14,840 nucleotides of DNA from Thermofilaceae archaeon (GCA_038727095.1 JAVYWK010000037.1:1-14840); one strand, 5' to 3'. Positions 7,731-14,840 are shown, counted from the first letter of the stretch. Numbers and translations are program-made. Notes: generated by a model not told the origin, from the letters alone.

Positions 7731-7864
7731 GCGCCACGATGATCTAACTCGATTTACGGTGAATGCGGGATTCAGCCCTCAACAATATTGTGCCGGGCAC
7801 TCGTGCATGTGCTGAGCAGGCGAGGAGTGGGATGACGCTTGCTATGCCGTGCTTCCCCGACGCT

Positions 7865-9106
7865 TCAAGGGGATCGGGCGTACCAGCCGTGTTCGAAGGC
7901 AGCTTTAAACATGGCGACGATGTTCTCGGGTGGGACGCGGGGTTGTATGTTGTGGACTTGGACGAAGACGAAGCCTCCGCCAGGCTTGAACGTCTCCACG
8001 TTCCTCCTGACGTGCTCAGCGACCTCCGCTGGAGTGGCGAAGGGTAGCACCCTCTGGGTATCGCAGCCGCCACCCCAGAAGGTGACCTGCTCGCCGAACT
8101 CTCGCTTCAGCTTCTCCGGCTCCATGTCCCTCGCCGAGATCTGCACGGGGTTGAGCACGTCGACGCCCGCGTCGATGAGGTCGGGTATCAGCGCGTAGAT
8201 GGAGCCGCAGGAGTGGAGGAAGACGAACATCCTCGAGTGCCTCTTCACGTACCGGAAAAGCTCCTCGTGGTAGGGCTTCAGCATCTCCCGGTAAACCCTC
8301 GGAGGTATCTGGGGCCCCAGCTGCGTGCCCAGGTCGTCCCCGAACTCGATGATCTGAACGTAGTCCTTCAAAGCTTCAACGTACTTCTTCAAGTTGTAGA
8401 GATTCACTTCGAGCATTCGGTCTAGGATCCTATGGGCTAGAACCCGCCTGTGCACCAGGTCGGCGAGCCACGTGCTCCACCCACGCAGGCCCTGACCCCA
8501 CTCGTGGAAGCCCATGTAGGTGGAGAACATCAGCGCGTAATCGGTGCGCCTGTAGAGGTGCTCGGCCTTTCTGCGCAGCCACTCCACGCGCGTGTCGCTC
8601 ACTCTGTGGGCTTCCCAGTTGTAACCGTCCACGTCCTCGGGGCTCCTGACGTCAGCGAGCGGAGGCCTCCCGTGCCAGCTATCCACTCCGCCGAAGTAGA
8701 AGCCCCCGGCTGGCATCCTCGAAACCACGGTGCCGGACGCATCCTTCACCACCCAGCCTCCCCTCCCGTCCGGCTGAGGGTTGAACCACTCGGGTATCTC
8801 GCACGAGGTACCGTCGGGGAGCACCCAGGGCTTCCACTTCCTCTCGTCTGGTCCGCACGGCTCTAGGCTCCTAGTGATGTCGAGGACGTCCACGTGGAAG
8901 AGCTCGAGCACCTCCCTCTCTGGCTCAGCCAGCTGCTGCCCGACGTCGTAAACGCGGATGATCCCTCCCTTCAGACCTAGGTGGCGCTTGAGGGCTGCAT
9001 ATGCTACCGCGTGGATGCCCGTCGAGGCCATCGCACCCAGATCGATGGGGACCCTATCGGGCTCCTCGTGCCGCAGCGCGGTTAAAACCCTCTCCCTCCT
9101 GCTCAA
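7865..9106 (-). CDS. Uroporphyrinogen decarboxylase / MtaA-CmuA (UROD/MetE-like) family protein
   Basis: SRRERVLTAL.HEEPDRVP N-terminus, GDDLGTQ.GP, FLHSCGS, D.LNPVQ, FWGGG.DTQ..L, GGFVF..HNIQ..VPPENI. Start re-assigned to TTG 9106, in frame with the track ORF and preceded by a GAGGAGGGGAG SD. The track start at 9208 overlaps fdhE. Confidence 0.88.
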   Translation of the reverse strand: MSRRERVLTALRHEEPDRVPIDLGAMASTGIHAVAYAALKRHLGLKGGIIRVYDVGQQLAEPEREVLELFHVDVLDITRSLEPCGPDERKWKPWVLPDGTSCEIPEWFNPQPDGRGGWVVKDASGTVVSRMPAGGFYFGGVDSWHGRPPLADVRSPEDVDGYNWEAHRVSDTRVEWLRRKAEHLYRRTDYALMFSTYMGFHEWGQGLRGWSTWLADLVHRRVLAHRILDRMLEVNLYNLKKYVEALKDYVQIIEFGDDLGTQLGPQIPPRVYREMLKPYHEELFRYVKRHSRMFVFLHSCGSIYALIPDLIDAGVDVLNPVQISARDMEPEKLKREFGEQVTFWGGGCDTQRVLPFATPAEVAEHVRRNVETFKPGGGFVFVQVHNIQPRVPPENIVAMFKAAFEHGWYARSP

Positions 9107-9146
9107 CTCCCCTCCTCTATGCACGCTAAAGATGGGAAAAAGGGGG

Positions 9147-9152
9147 TTTAAA
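9147..9152 (-). promoter_or_regulatory. TATA box upstream of UroD-family gene
   Basis: TTTAAA ~40 nt upstream of TTG 9106, leaving room for a short SD-containing leader. Confidence 0.55.
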
Positions 9153-9159
9153 CGGTGAT

Positions 9160-9987
9160 CTAGCGGCCCGCAAACCTCTTGGCCAGCGCGTCGAGGATCA
9201 GCGTCCAAAGGTCGTATAGGTCCCTCGGCACGTCAACGGTGGAGAGGCGCTCGTCAACCACCTTCCAGTAGCCCCCGCACACGTGGCAGATGTCCAGCAG
9301 CAGTGGCCTACCCTCGCCCAGGTCAATCACGCTGATGAGGTCGGACTCGTCGTTACCACAGAACGGGCACTTACCGCCCGGGTAGCCCCACTCCGTCCCG
9401 CAGAACTGGCACTTCAGGTGGAAAGCCCCCTCCCGGTCGATGAAGCCGAGCGCAGCGTAGCTGCCGCAGACGGGGCACCTACCGGTGCTCCAGCCGCTTA
9501 AGTCAGCCACTCTCGCTACAGCCTCCGACAGCGCCGCGTAGGCGGGCTGCAGGGACCAGGCGACGAGGGAGCCGAGGACGGCCGAGTCTACGCCAGCCTG
9601 CTCAGCGGCATGCTCCGCCTCGCTCAACTCTCCCATCAGTAGGGCTTGAGCCAACCCCCTTAAGTTGAGCTTGCCCTCCCCGATTGCGTCGAGCACGCTC
9701 CTGACCCTCTCCGCTTCCCGGGGGATCTTCTCCCCGATCACGCCCGCAACCGTTCTAACGCCCTCCGCGATCTCCTCCTCCGTCAGCCAAATCCCAGCTT
9801 CGGATGCCGCCGGCTTACCCTCGGCGATCGTTCTTCCGAGGCTATTCACGTCGACGCGGGATAGGGTTTCAGCGTACCGGGTCTTCAGTTGAGCCTGCTT
9901 CTCGAGGAGGTCTGAAAACGCCTCGACTGTCGCGTCGTCGGCGGGGATGTACCCCCTAATCAAACCGATCTTCTCGCGAATCCCCAT
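9160..9987 (-). CDS. fdhE: Formate dehydrogenase accessory protein FdhE
   Basis: W..GRCPVCGS, L.CQFCGTEW, CPFCGN and C.VCG.Y.K: four CxxC motifs, plus C-terminal DL.TL.LD.LA. Confidence 0.88.
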   Translation of the reverse strand: MGIREKIGLIRGYIPADDATVEAFSDLLEKQAQLKTRYAETLSRVDVNSLGRTIAEGKPAASEAGIWLTEEEIAEGVRTVAGVIGEKIPREAERVRSVLDAIGEGKLNLRGLAQALLMGELSEAEHAAEQAGVDSAVLGSLVAWSLQPAYAALSEAVARVADLSGWSTGRCPVCGSYAALGFIDREGAFHLKCQFCGTEWGYPGGKCPFCGNDESDLISVIDLGEGRPLLLDICHVCGGYWKVVDERLSTVDVPRDLYDLWTLILDALAKRFAGR

Positions 9988-10025
9988 TTAAACCAACTCT
10001 TACGGTTTGCGCTGCTCGAGGAGTC

Positions 10026-10766
10026 CTAGATAAGCCTACCGGTTCGCTTGAGCTTCTGCAATACTTTCGGGTCGATCCTCCTGAATTCCAGCCCCTCTCT
10101 GGTGAGGAGGGCTTGAGCCCCTTTCGCCAGCTTTTCGGCCGCGAGGATGCCCACGACTTCGCGGCCCAGCTCCCGCTTCAGCGCCTCAACGTACCGCTTA
10201 AGCTGCACCACTGCATCGGCGCCAGCCACCCCCTTCTTCACCTCAACGACCACGAGCCTCCCGTCACTATCGGTGAAGAGCGCGTCGATGAAGCCCGCGC
10301 GCGTCCTCCTCTCGATCTCAACCGGCTTCAAGCCCTCCTTGATCAAGTGGGGGTTCTCGACCAGCGCGTCGCGGATCTCCTCCTCGCTCCCGTACATCTC
10401 CAGCTCCTCCTCGTCCGTTAGCCTGGCGTGCGCCAGCATGAGAACCTCCTCCACTTCAACCACCAGCTCCTCGTGGGGCCGGAGCCTTACAGCCCGCAGA
10501 ACCAGCTTGCCCCCGCGCAGCTCTGTGGAGATCACGGTGCCCGGAGGCTGCCAGTTCACCGGCTCGTACCCCTCAGGCTTGTGCACCAGCACGCTCCCGT
10601 CCTGCTTCACAATGATGACGCGCTCCCCCGGCCCAAGCGTCGAGGAGGCTCGGCCGATATACCTCACGCTGCAGCGAGCTATGGTGACGCAGACGTGCTT
10701 CCCAGCTACAGCTCTCCTGATGCCTGCGGCAGCCTCCTCCATCGAAGGCCTAACGAGAACTTCCAC
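10026..10766 (-). CDS. nucS: Endonuclease NucS/EndoMS
   Basis: C.V.Y.GRASS.L..GER.II.K.DGS.LVH...GYEPVNWQPPG N-terminal domain. GSEEE, IDAL, VVVEVKK and AVVQLKRY nuclease motifs. Confidence 0.95.
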   Translation of the reverse strand: MEVLVRPSMEEAAAGIRRAVAGKHVCVTIARCSVRYIGRASSTLGPGERVIIVKQDGSVLVHKPEGYEPVNWQPPGTVISTELRGGKLVLRAVRLRPHEELVVEVEEVLMLAHARLTDEEELEMYGSEEEIRDALVENPHLIKEGLKPVEIERRTRAGFIDALFTDSDGRLVVVEVKKGVAGADAVVQLKRYVEALKRELGREVVGILAAEKLAKGAQALLTREGLEFRRIDPKVLQKLKRTGRLI

Positions 10767-10889
10767 GGAAGAGGCAAGCCCCCAAGGAAAATAAACGCAA
10801 CACTGAATCCTTCGGAATCAGAGTGGACGTTCACGGATGTTGGGCTAGGGCAAGCCGGTCTTCGGTAGAGCTGGAACGCCTGACTTGCG

Positions 10890-11186
10890 CTAGACTTCCA
10901 CGAGCTCCTCCGGTGGGATGAACCTCCGGTACCATCCCTTCAGCTGCTTCTCGTTGACCACGTGGAGCTCCACAGGCTCTTCAACGTACCTGTAGACTTT
11001 GACCATGATTTCGTATTTCAGGTCGACCCTCTCGGTCAAAACCAGAACGTCAATGTCGCTCGCTGCGGTCAGCTCTCCTCGAGCCGCGGAACCGAAGACG
11101 TAGACCCTCGCCTCGGGGTCGAAAGTTCTCACTAGCTCCTTAACCCTCCAAGCCACCAGCAGGACGTCTTCGGGTATCCGGCTCGT
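10890..11186 (-). CDS. Minimal nucleotidyltransferase (MNT) of HEPN-MNT pair; start uncertain
   Basis: VYVFGS.ARG....SDIDVLV...PVELHVV. The track start is GTG 11156, but the frame stays open to 11186 (ACG AGC CGG ATA...), directly after the HEPN stop. Confidence 0.85.
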   Translation of the reverse strand, partial: TSRIPEDVLLVAWRVKELVRTFDPEARVYVFGSAARGELTAASDIDVLVLTERVDLKYEIMVKVYRYVEEPVELHVVNEKQLKGWYRRFIPPEELVEV

Positions 11187-11597
11187 CTACACCACCTTCT
11201 CGACTAGCGGCTTGAACTTCTCGACCACGAATCGGTAGAGGCTCTTAACCTCCTTCTCCTCGTAGCTGTAGGGCATGTACCTGGCTGCTACGTAGGCCTC
11301 CTCGAGCCTGGCCACGTAGTGCAGGTTCACCTCGTCCTCCACCAGCGTGAGGAGCTCAGGGGCTATCCTGCCCAACTCCCTCACCAGCCTCCTCAAGGAG
11401 CGCGTTCTCGGGTAGGAGCCCGTCTTCAGGAGCAGCTTGCACTTGAGAGCGAGCTGGCAGTACTGCTCCAAGCTGAAGGCGGCAAGATCCCACTCCCCGA
11501 CGCTGATGAGGTGCTCAGCGTTTCGCAAGAAGCCTTCAGCCCGCCTGCAGAGGAGCTTTACCTCCTCAAGCGACAGATGCACCGCCTCCCTGTCCAT
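11187..11597 (-). CDS. HEPN domain protein (possibly degenerate)
   Basis: RRAEGFL.NAE.L...G.WDLAAFSLEQYCQLALK, G.YPRTRSL (family usually PRTHSL), LEEAY.AARY.P. Confidence 0.85.
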   Translation of the reverse strand: MDREAVHLSLEEVKLLCRRAEGFLRNAEHLISVGEWDLAAFSLEQYCQLALKCKLLLKTGSYPRTRSLRRLVRELGRIAPELLTLVEDEVNLHYVARLEEAYVAARYMPYSYEEKEVKSLYRFVVEKFKPLVEKVV

Positions 11598-11691
11598 CCA
11601 GGCTCGACGATTAACTTTGCGGCGTACGCGGCAGCTTGGTGCGGATCGGAGGATAGACGTTACGCGTACAGCTATGTAGTTGTAATGTTGA

Positions 11692-11796
11692 ATGGTGATG
11701 TTGTTGAGAAGATATGCGGCGATCTTTGCTTCTGCTGAGATGAAGGAAGTGCTGGAGAAGGCGAAGATGGATGCTCTCCTAGATAAACCCCTCTAA
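11692..11796 (+). pseudogene. Truncated, diverged copy of the 5' part of the vapB-like antitoxin gene
   Basis: Translates MVMLLRRYAAIFASAEMKEVLEKAK MDALLDKPL*, against MVMQLQRYATISVPVEVKRVLEKAK GDMEW.. at 13428. Shares ATGGTGATG and an exact GAGAAGGCGAAG (11755-11766 vs 13491-13502). Confidence 0.75.
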
Positions 11797-12276
11797 CCTT
11801 TTTGACTATTTCTTTAACTTCATCCCGGCTGGCAGCCCTACTCCTTCCACTTTTCGAGCTCGAAGTAGAGCTTGCCGAAGAGGCCCACGAATAAGAAGCT
11901 TTTACCGCGGGGAACCTTAGGGCGTTTGCCCTCTCGAACTTTGTGCAGCTCCCTGAGGGTCTCATTAACCGCGCAGTGTAGCACCGCTTTCTGCGAGTAT
12001 AAGAGCCTCCTCGGGCAGTCGCAGGAGCAAGATTCCCTTGCGAATAGCACTTTAATGTTAGCTGCACCGGAGTTAAAACTGAACCATAGGGCTTCTCACA
12101 AAGCAGGCTTCTCGACATTCTCTGCTGAGGTAATACGTTTCTAAATCCATCGTTCGAAATCAGGTGGCTTGTACTCTCGATGGAAGGTAAGCATGGGGTC
12201 GAGTTATCTGATGTCATAGTTGGACGGCTTCAGCGCGATGAACGCTCAGTTGGAAGAAGTACAGCCTAAGAGCCAC
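11774..12276 (-). pseudogene. Possible decayed gene of unknown family
   Basis: Protein-like text in one frame (..FHREYKPPDFERWI*KR..ALWFSFNSGAANIKVLFAR..VNETLRELHKVREG..LFVGLFGKLYFELEKWKE*) interrupted by stops at 12206, 12143, 12098 and 11840, then a shifted DEVKEIVKKVRGVYL. No recognisable motif. Confidence 0.3.
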
Positions 12277-12278
12277 CC

Positions 12279-13214
12279 TTACAATCTAGTATCTACCAAG
12301 ACCTTCCGATCGCCGCCTTGTGTTTCCATTATTTTGACAACTCCTTTTACGCAAAAATCTCTCACGGGGCATTCTCCTCTCTTATGGCAAACGCTATCCC
12401 TCCTAAAAGAGCATCCATGTCTGCTCAGGAGCCAGAGGGGCTCATCCAGCTGTAGTCTAAAAGTGAGCTCTGGATGCCTAGCCAGCTTGACTGCGTTTTC
12501 CCAAACTTTATCTATCCGGTGGGCTACATTGCTAAGCATACCTTCATATTTTCCAGTGAGGCCCCCGGTAGTGAATGTGGCTCTCGCAACGTGAACGTCT
12601 ACGGGGATCGGGACTTTATCCAGGTTCTTCAATTGAATTCCAGCAACGTCGTACAGCATCCTAATCCAAAGCGCGAAAATCTTGTCGCCGGTGAGGTAGG
12701 GAAAATTCTTCTTGAACGTTTGATCTCTCTTTTTATTAAAAACCTCCTGCGCGTCGAAGTCGCACTCCTTTACTATGTTCAACGGATCAGACCCGTAGAA
12801 TGTGAAGAGGCCATGCGAGATTCGGATCCAAGCATCCACGTCGTTCTTCTGTATATATATCCCGTAGGTCTTCATTGCCTCCTCCACTTCTCGCCTCTCC
12901 CTCTTCACAACTTCTTCCGGAAAGAAGAGCCACCTTGTTCTCTCATCTTCAAAAGTCCTCCTCGCTGCCGCCCAAAGCTTATCGGAGTCCCTTCGGTAGT
13001 CGAGAGCGACAGTCAAAGTGATGAACAGCAAGTGCTCTCTTGATCCTCTATCGACTTCGATAATGGAGTGGCCAAGAGCTCGGCGGGGCAGCGTGGCTTC
13101 GGGCATATCCTCATGCCTACGGCCAAAGATACCGTTCCCGCGAGTGAATTCTTCGAAAAGTCTCACGGCAACATCCTTAGCCCTTTCTGTTTGCTCTTTT
13201 AGTTCAATAGACAT
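12279..13214 (-). CDS. HhH-GPD superfamily DNA glycosylase-like protein with C-terminal [4Fe-4S]-type Cys cluster
   Basis: HhH-like FPYLTGDKI, PIPVDVHVAR (catalytic Asp motif VDxH), LDEPLWLLSR.GC and C-x7-C-x5-C-x5-C. Lower GC than the flanks (two sampled 60-nt lines gave 42%, against 63% for a GH94 line). Confidence 0.75.
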   Translation of the reverse strand: MSIELKEQTERAKDVAVRLFEEFTRGNGIFGRRHEDMPEATLPRRALGHSIIEVDRGSREHLLFITLTVALDYRRDSDKLWAAARRTFEDERTRWLFFPEEVVKRERREVEEAMKTYGIYIQKNDVDAWIRISHGLFTFYGSDPLNIVKECDFDAQEVFNKKRDQTFKKNFPYLTGDKIFALWIRMLYDVAGIQLKNLDKVPIPVDVHVARATFTTGGLTGKYEGMLSNVAHRIDKVWENAVKLARHPELTFRLQLDEPLWLLSRHGCSFRRDSVCHKRGECPVRDFCVKGVVKIMETQGGDRKVLVDTRL

Positions 13215-13234
13215 TCACATTTCTAGTTCTTATG

Positions 13235-13250
13235 TATATAAATAGTTTTT
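13235..13250 (-). promoter_or_regulatory. BRE/TATA promoter of the glycosylase-like gene
   Basis: Minus strand reads AAAAACTA-TTTATATA, ending 21 nt upstream of ATG 13214. Confidence 0.65.
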
Positions 13251-13427
13251 TGGGATGCGTACCCTCTCCCCCTGCCACCGTAAAACTAATAACCTTACTT
13301 GCGCAAGTGAGGGAACCTGTAATTGTTGTGCTACGCCTTGGATTTAGAAGCTGCAGGAGAAACTTCGTTGCTGAAGTTCTAACGCTAGTTTAGCGCTAAC
13401 TAAATAAATATTTTGTTGCATAGTTGC

Positions 13428-13667
13428 ATGGTGATGCAGTTGCAGAGGTACGCAACGATATCGGTCCCTGTGGAAGTAAAGAGGGTTCTTGAGAAGGCGA
13501 AGGGAGATATGGAGTGGGGAGAGTTCCTCCTACAACTCTACCAGGAGGCTAGGAGGCTTAAGAGGATAATCGCCTTTAAGGAGCTAGTCGAGGCACTCAA
13601 TGAGGAGGATCTTGAAGAGATCGCTCGCTCGTCCAGGGAGTTTAGGGATGGGTTTGTGCTGAGATGA
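13428..13667 (+). CDS. vapB: VapB-like antitoxin
   Basis: YATISVPVEVKRVLEKAKG..EWGEFL N-terminal DNA-binding pattern, acidic C-terminus, ATGA overlap with the PIN gene. Start could be 13428, 13434 or TTG 13440 (GGTGA SD). Confidence 0.8.
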   Translation: MVMQLQRYATISVPVEVKRVLEKAKGDMEWGEFLLQLYQEARRLKRIIAFKELVEALNEEDLEEIARSSREFRDGFVLR

Positions 13668-14017
13668 AGCTAATCGATACGAGCTGGCTTGTCGAACTGC
13701 TCAGGAGGAAGAGCTTCGAGGAGGGGGCGATCTCTCTAATCACCTTGATCGAGGTGTTAAGGGGGGTTCCAGCTGGGAAGCGTGAGATCGTGAAAAAGCT
13801 TCTTGAGGAGGGTTTCGATGTCCTCGGTATCGACAACAGCGTCGTTAGAATCTACTGCGAGCTGTACGATGAGCTCAAGAAGCGGGGGTCACTTGTACCG
13901 GACGCCGACTTACTCATCGCTTCGACAGCGATCGCCCATAACCTCGTGCTGAAGTCTAAGGATAGGCACTTCAAGGAGCTGGTAAGCCACGGCTTGAAGC
14001 TGGAGCTTGTCGAATAA
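13664..14017 (+). CDS. vapC: VapC PIN-domain ribonuclease toxin
   Basis: LIDTS, SLITLIE, PDADLLIA.TA, SKDRHF: the acidic PIN catalytic residues are present. Confidence 0.92.
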   Translation: MKLIDTSWLVELLRRKSFEEGAISLITLIEVLRGVPAGKREIVKKLLEEGFDVLGIDNSVVRIYCELYDELKKRGSLVPDADLLIASTAIAHNLVLKSKDRHFKELVSHGLKLELVE

Positions 14018-14168
14018 TTTATGCGAGAAGCCCGCGCGGCTTCCGGGTGCTCTCAGCGGGCTTCAGTGACCATCTCACGAACCTCTTCTAGCGCAATCCT
14101 GTCCATATGGACACTGTCAAAGGCATAGGCAGCAGGCTTCTCGAGCAGAACAGCGCGCGGGAGTTAGG

Positions 14169-14175
14169 TTTATAA
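14169..14175 (+). promoter_or_regulatory. TATA box of DUF438 gene
   Basis: TTTATAA ~37 nt before ATG 14212, with AGGTGG SD at 14201-14206. Confidence 0.6.
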
Positions 14176-14211
14176 GTGGTTTATGACAGGGTAATTTGAC
14201 AGGTGGCAAAT

Positions 14212-14840
14212 ATGGAAGCTCAGAAAATTGAGCTGGTTAAAAGCCTCTTGAGGAGGCTGCACGAGGGGGCGAACGTAGAGGAGTTGAAGAGGGAGTTCAG
14301 GCAAGTCTTATCAACGGTGCAGCCCTGGGAGATACCTCTTATCGAGCAGCAGCTAGTGAAGGAGGGGGTACCGATCTCCGAGATTCTGAAGCTCTGCGAC
14401 CTACACGTGGGCCTCTTCCGGGAGTACCTAGCCGGAAGGGAGCTGAGGGAGGTGCCGGAGGGTCACCCGCTGGACCTCCTCCTCAAGGAGAACGAGCTGC
14501 TGCTGAAGCTGTCGGAGCAACTGAGCGTTGTAGCCGGAGCCTTGCAGTCCGCGCGCGACGAGGAGTTGAAGCCGCTCTTCGAGCAGATGAAAGCCCTGCT
14601 ACGCGGCCTGCGCGGGATTAGGATCCACTACAGGAAGGTTCAGATGCTCATCTTCCCCTACCTTGAGAGGAGGGGGATCGTAGCGATCCCCCGGGTTCTC
14701 TGGGGCCGCGAGGATGGGGTTATCGTGAAGCTAAGGGCTCTCCTCAAGAGGGTTGAGGGTGAGCTCCCGCCCAGTGAGGTAAGATTGGTGGCCGAGGAGG
14801 CTCTGAAGCTGGCTAGAGAAGTGTCGGAGCTCGTCTTCAG
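14212..14840 (+). CDS. DUF438 / hemerythrin-like domain protein (partial, runs off window)
   Basis: Not in the ORF track. Manual translation: MEAQKIELVKSLLRRLHEGANVEELKREF..V.PWEIPLIEQQLVKEGVP.SEILKLCDLHV.LF..PEGHPL..L.KEN..HY..IFPYLERRG..LWG. LHEG, EI..EQ.L and LCD.H are DUF438 hallmarks. Confidence 0.88.
   Translation, partial: MEAQKIELVKSLLRRLHEGANVEELKREFRQVLSTVQPWEIPLIEQQLVKEGVPISEILKLCDLHVGLFREYLAGRELREVPEGHPLDLLLKENELLLKLSEQLSVVAGALQSARDEELKPLFEQMKALLRGLRGIRIHYRKVQMLIFPYLERRGIVAIPRVLWGREDGVIVKLRALLKRVEGELPPSEVRLVAEEALKLAREVSELVF

Noticed and set aside
7731-7864. Intergenic stretch as a C/D-box sRNA
   Set aside because: No properly spaced TGATGA...CTGA box pair on either strand.
9107-9208. 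34-aa N-terminal extension of the UroD-family ORF in the track
   Set aside because: It overlaps the fdhE 3' end and spans the TATA box. The family N-terminus and a strong SD point to TTG 9106.
10113-10868. Plus-strand ORFs of 102-215 aa
   Set aside because: Antisense to nucS.
11187-11189. Pyrrolysine recoding of the HEPN TAG
   Set aside because: No pyl genes in the window, and the stop falls at the normal HEPN C-terminus. A mutated MNT start is simpler.
11672-12217. 181-aa minus-strand ORF as a real gene
   Set aside because: Ser-rich and not protein-like except for a short segment, and it runs antisense through the vapB remnant. More likely an off-frame reading of decayed sequence.
12102-14144. 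Exact 14-bp direct repeat AGCAGGCTTCTCGA at 12102-12115 and 14131-14144 as att sites around the glycosylase and vapBC genes
   Set aside because: About 0.4 such pairs are expected by chance in 15 kb, and there is no integrase or tRNA. Worth revisiting only if comparative genomics places a breakpoint there.
1-14840. CRISPR array, tRNA, rRNA, transposase or integrase
   Set aside because: No regularly spaced repeats, cloverleaf or rRNA signatures, or recombinase/DDE motifs were seen.

Overview
This is a gene-dense archaeal window of about 60% GC. TATA-box promoters, leaderless genes, GGTGA/GGAGG Shine-Dalgarno motifs, AGG-rich Arg codons, NucS, HEPN-MNT and VapBC point to a thermophilic Thermoproteota genome, Thermofilum-like by impression. 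In order it holds: a partial OPT-like transporter, an AT-rich divergent control region, a GH94 glycoside phosphorylase with an unexplained ~136-aa N-terminal extension, an RHH regulator, and a four-gene + strand run (divergent 5-formyl-THF cyclo-ligase-like protein, Zn-MDR dehydrogenase, small GTPase fused to a wHTH, and a translationally coupled protein with a Bet3/TRAPP-V4R-like pattern). Next come an ~8-TM membrane protein, a UroD/MtaA-family protein, FdhE and NucS. An accessory island follows (decaying HEPN-MNT, a truncated vapB copy, a possible pseudogene, a lower-GC HhH-GPD/Fe-S glycosylase-like gene, intact vapBC), then a partial DUF438 gene. The best candidate for an undescribed system is the GTPase-wHTH + Bet3/V4R-like pair at 5481-6877. 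All family calls come from recognising motifs by eye; no searches were run.
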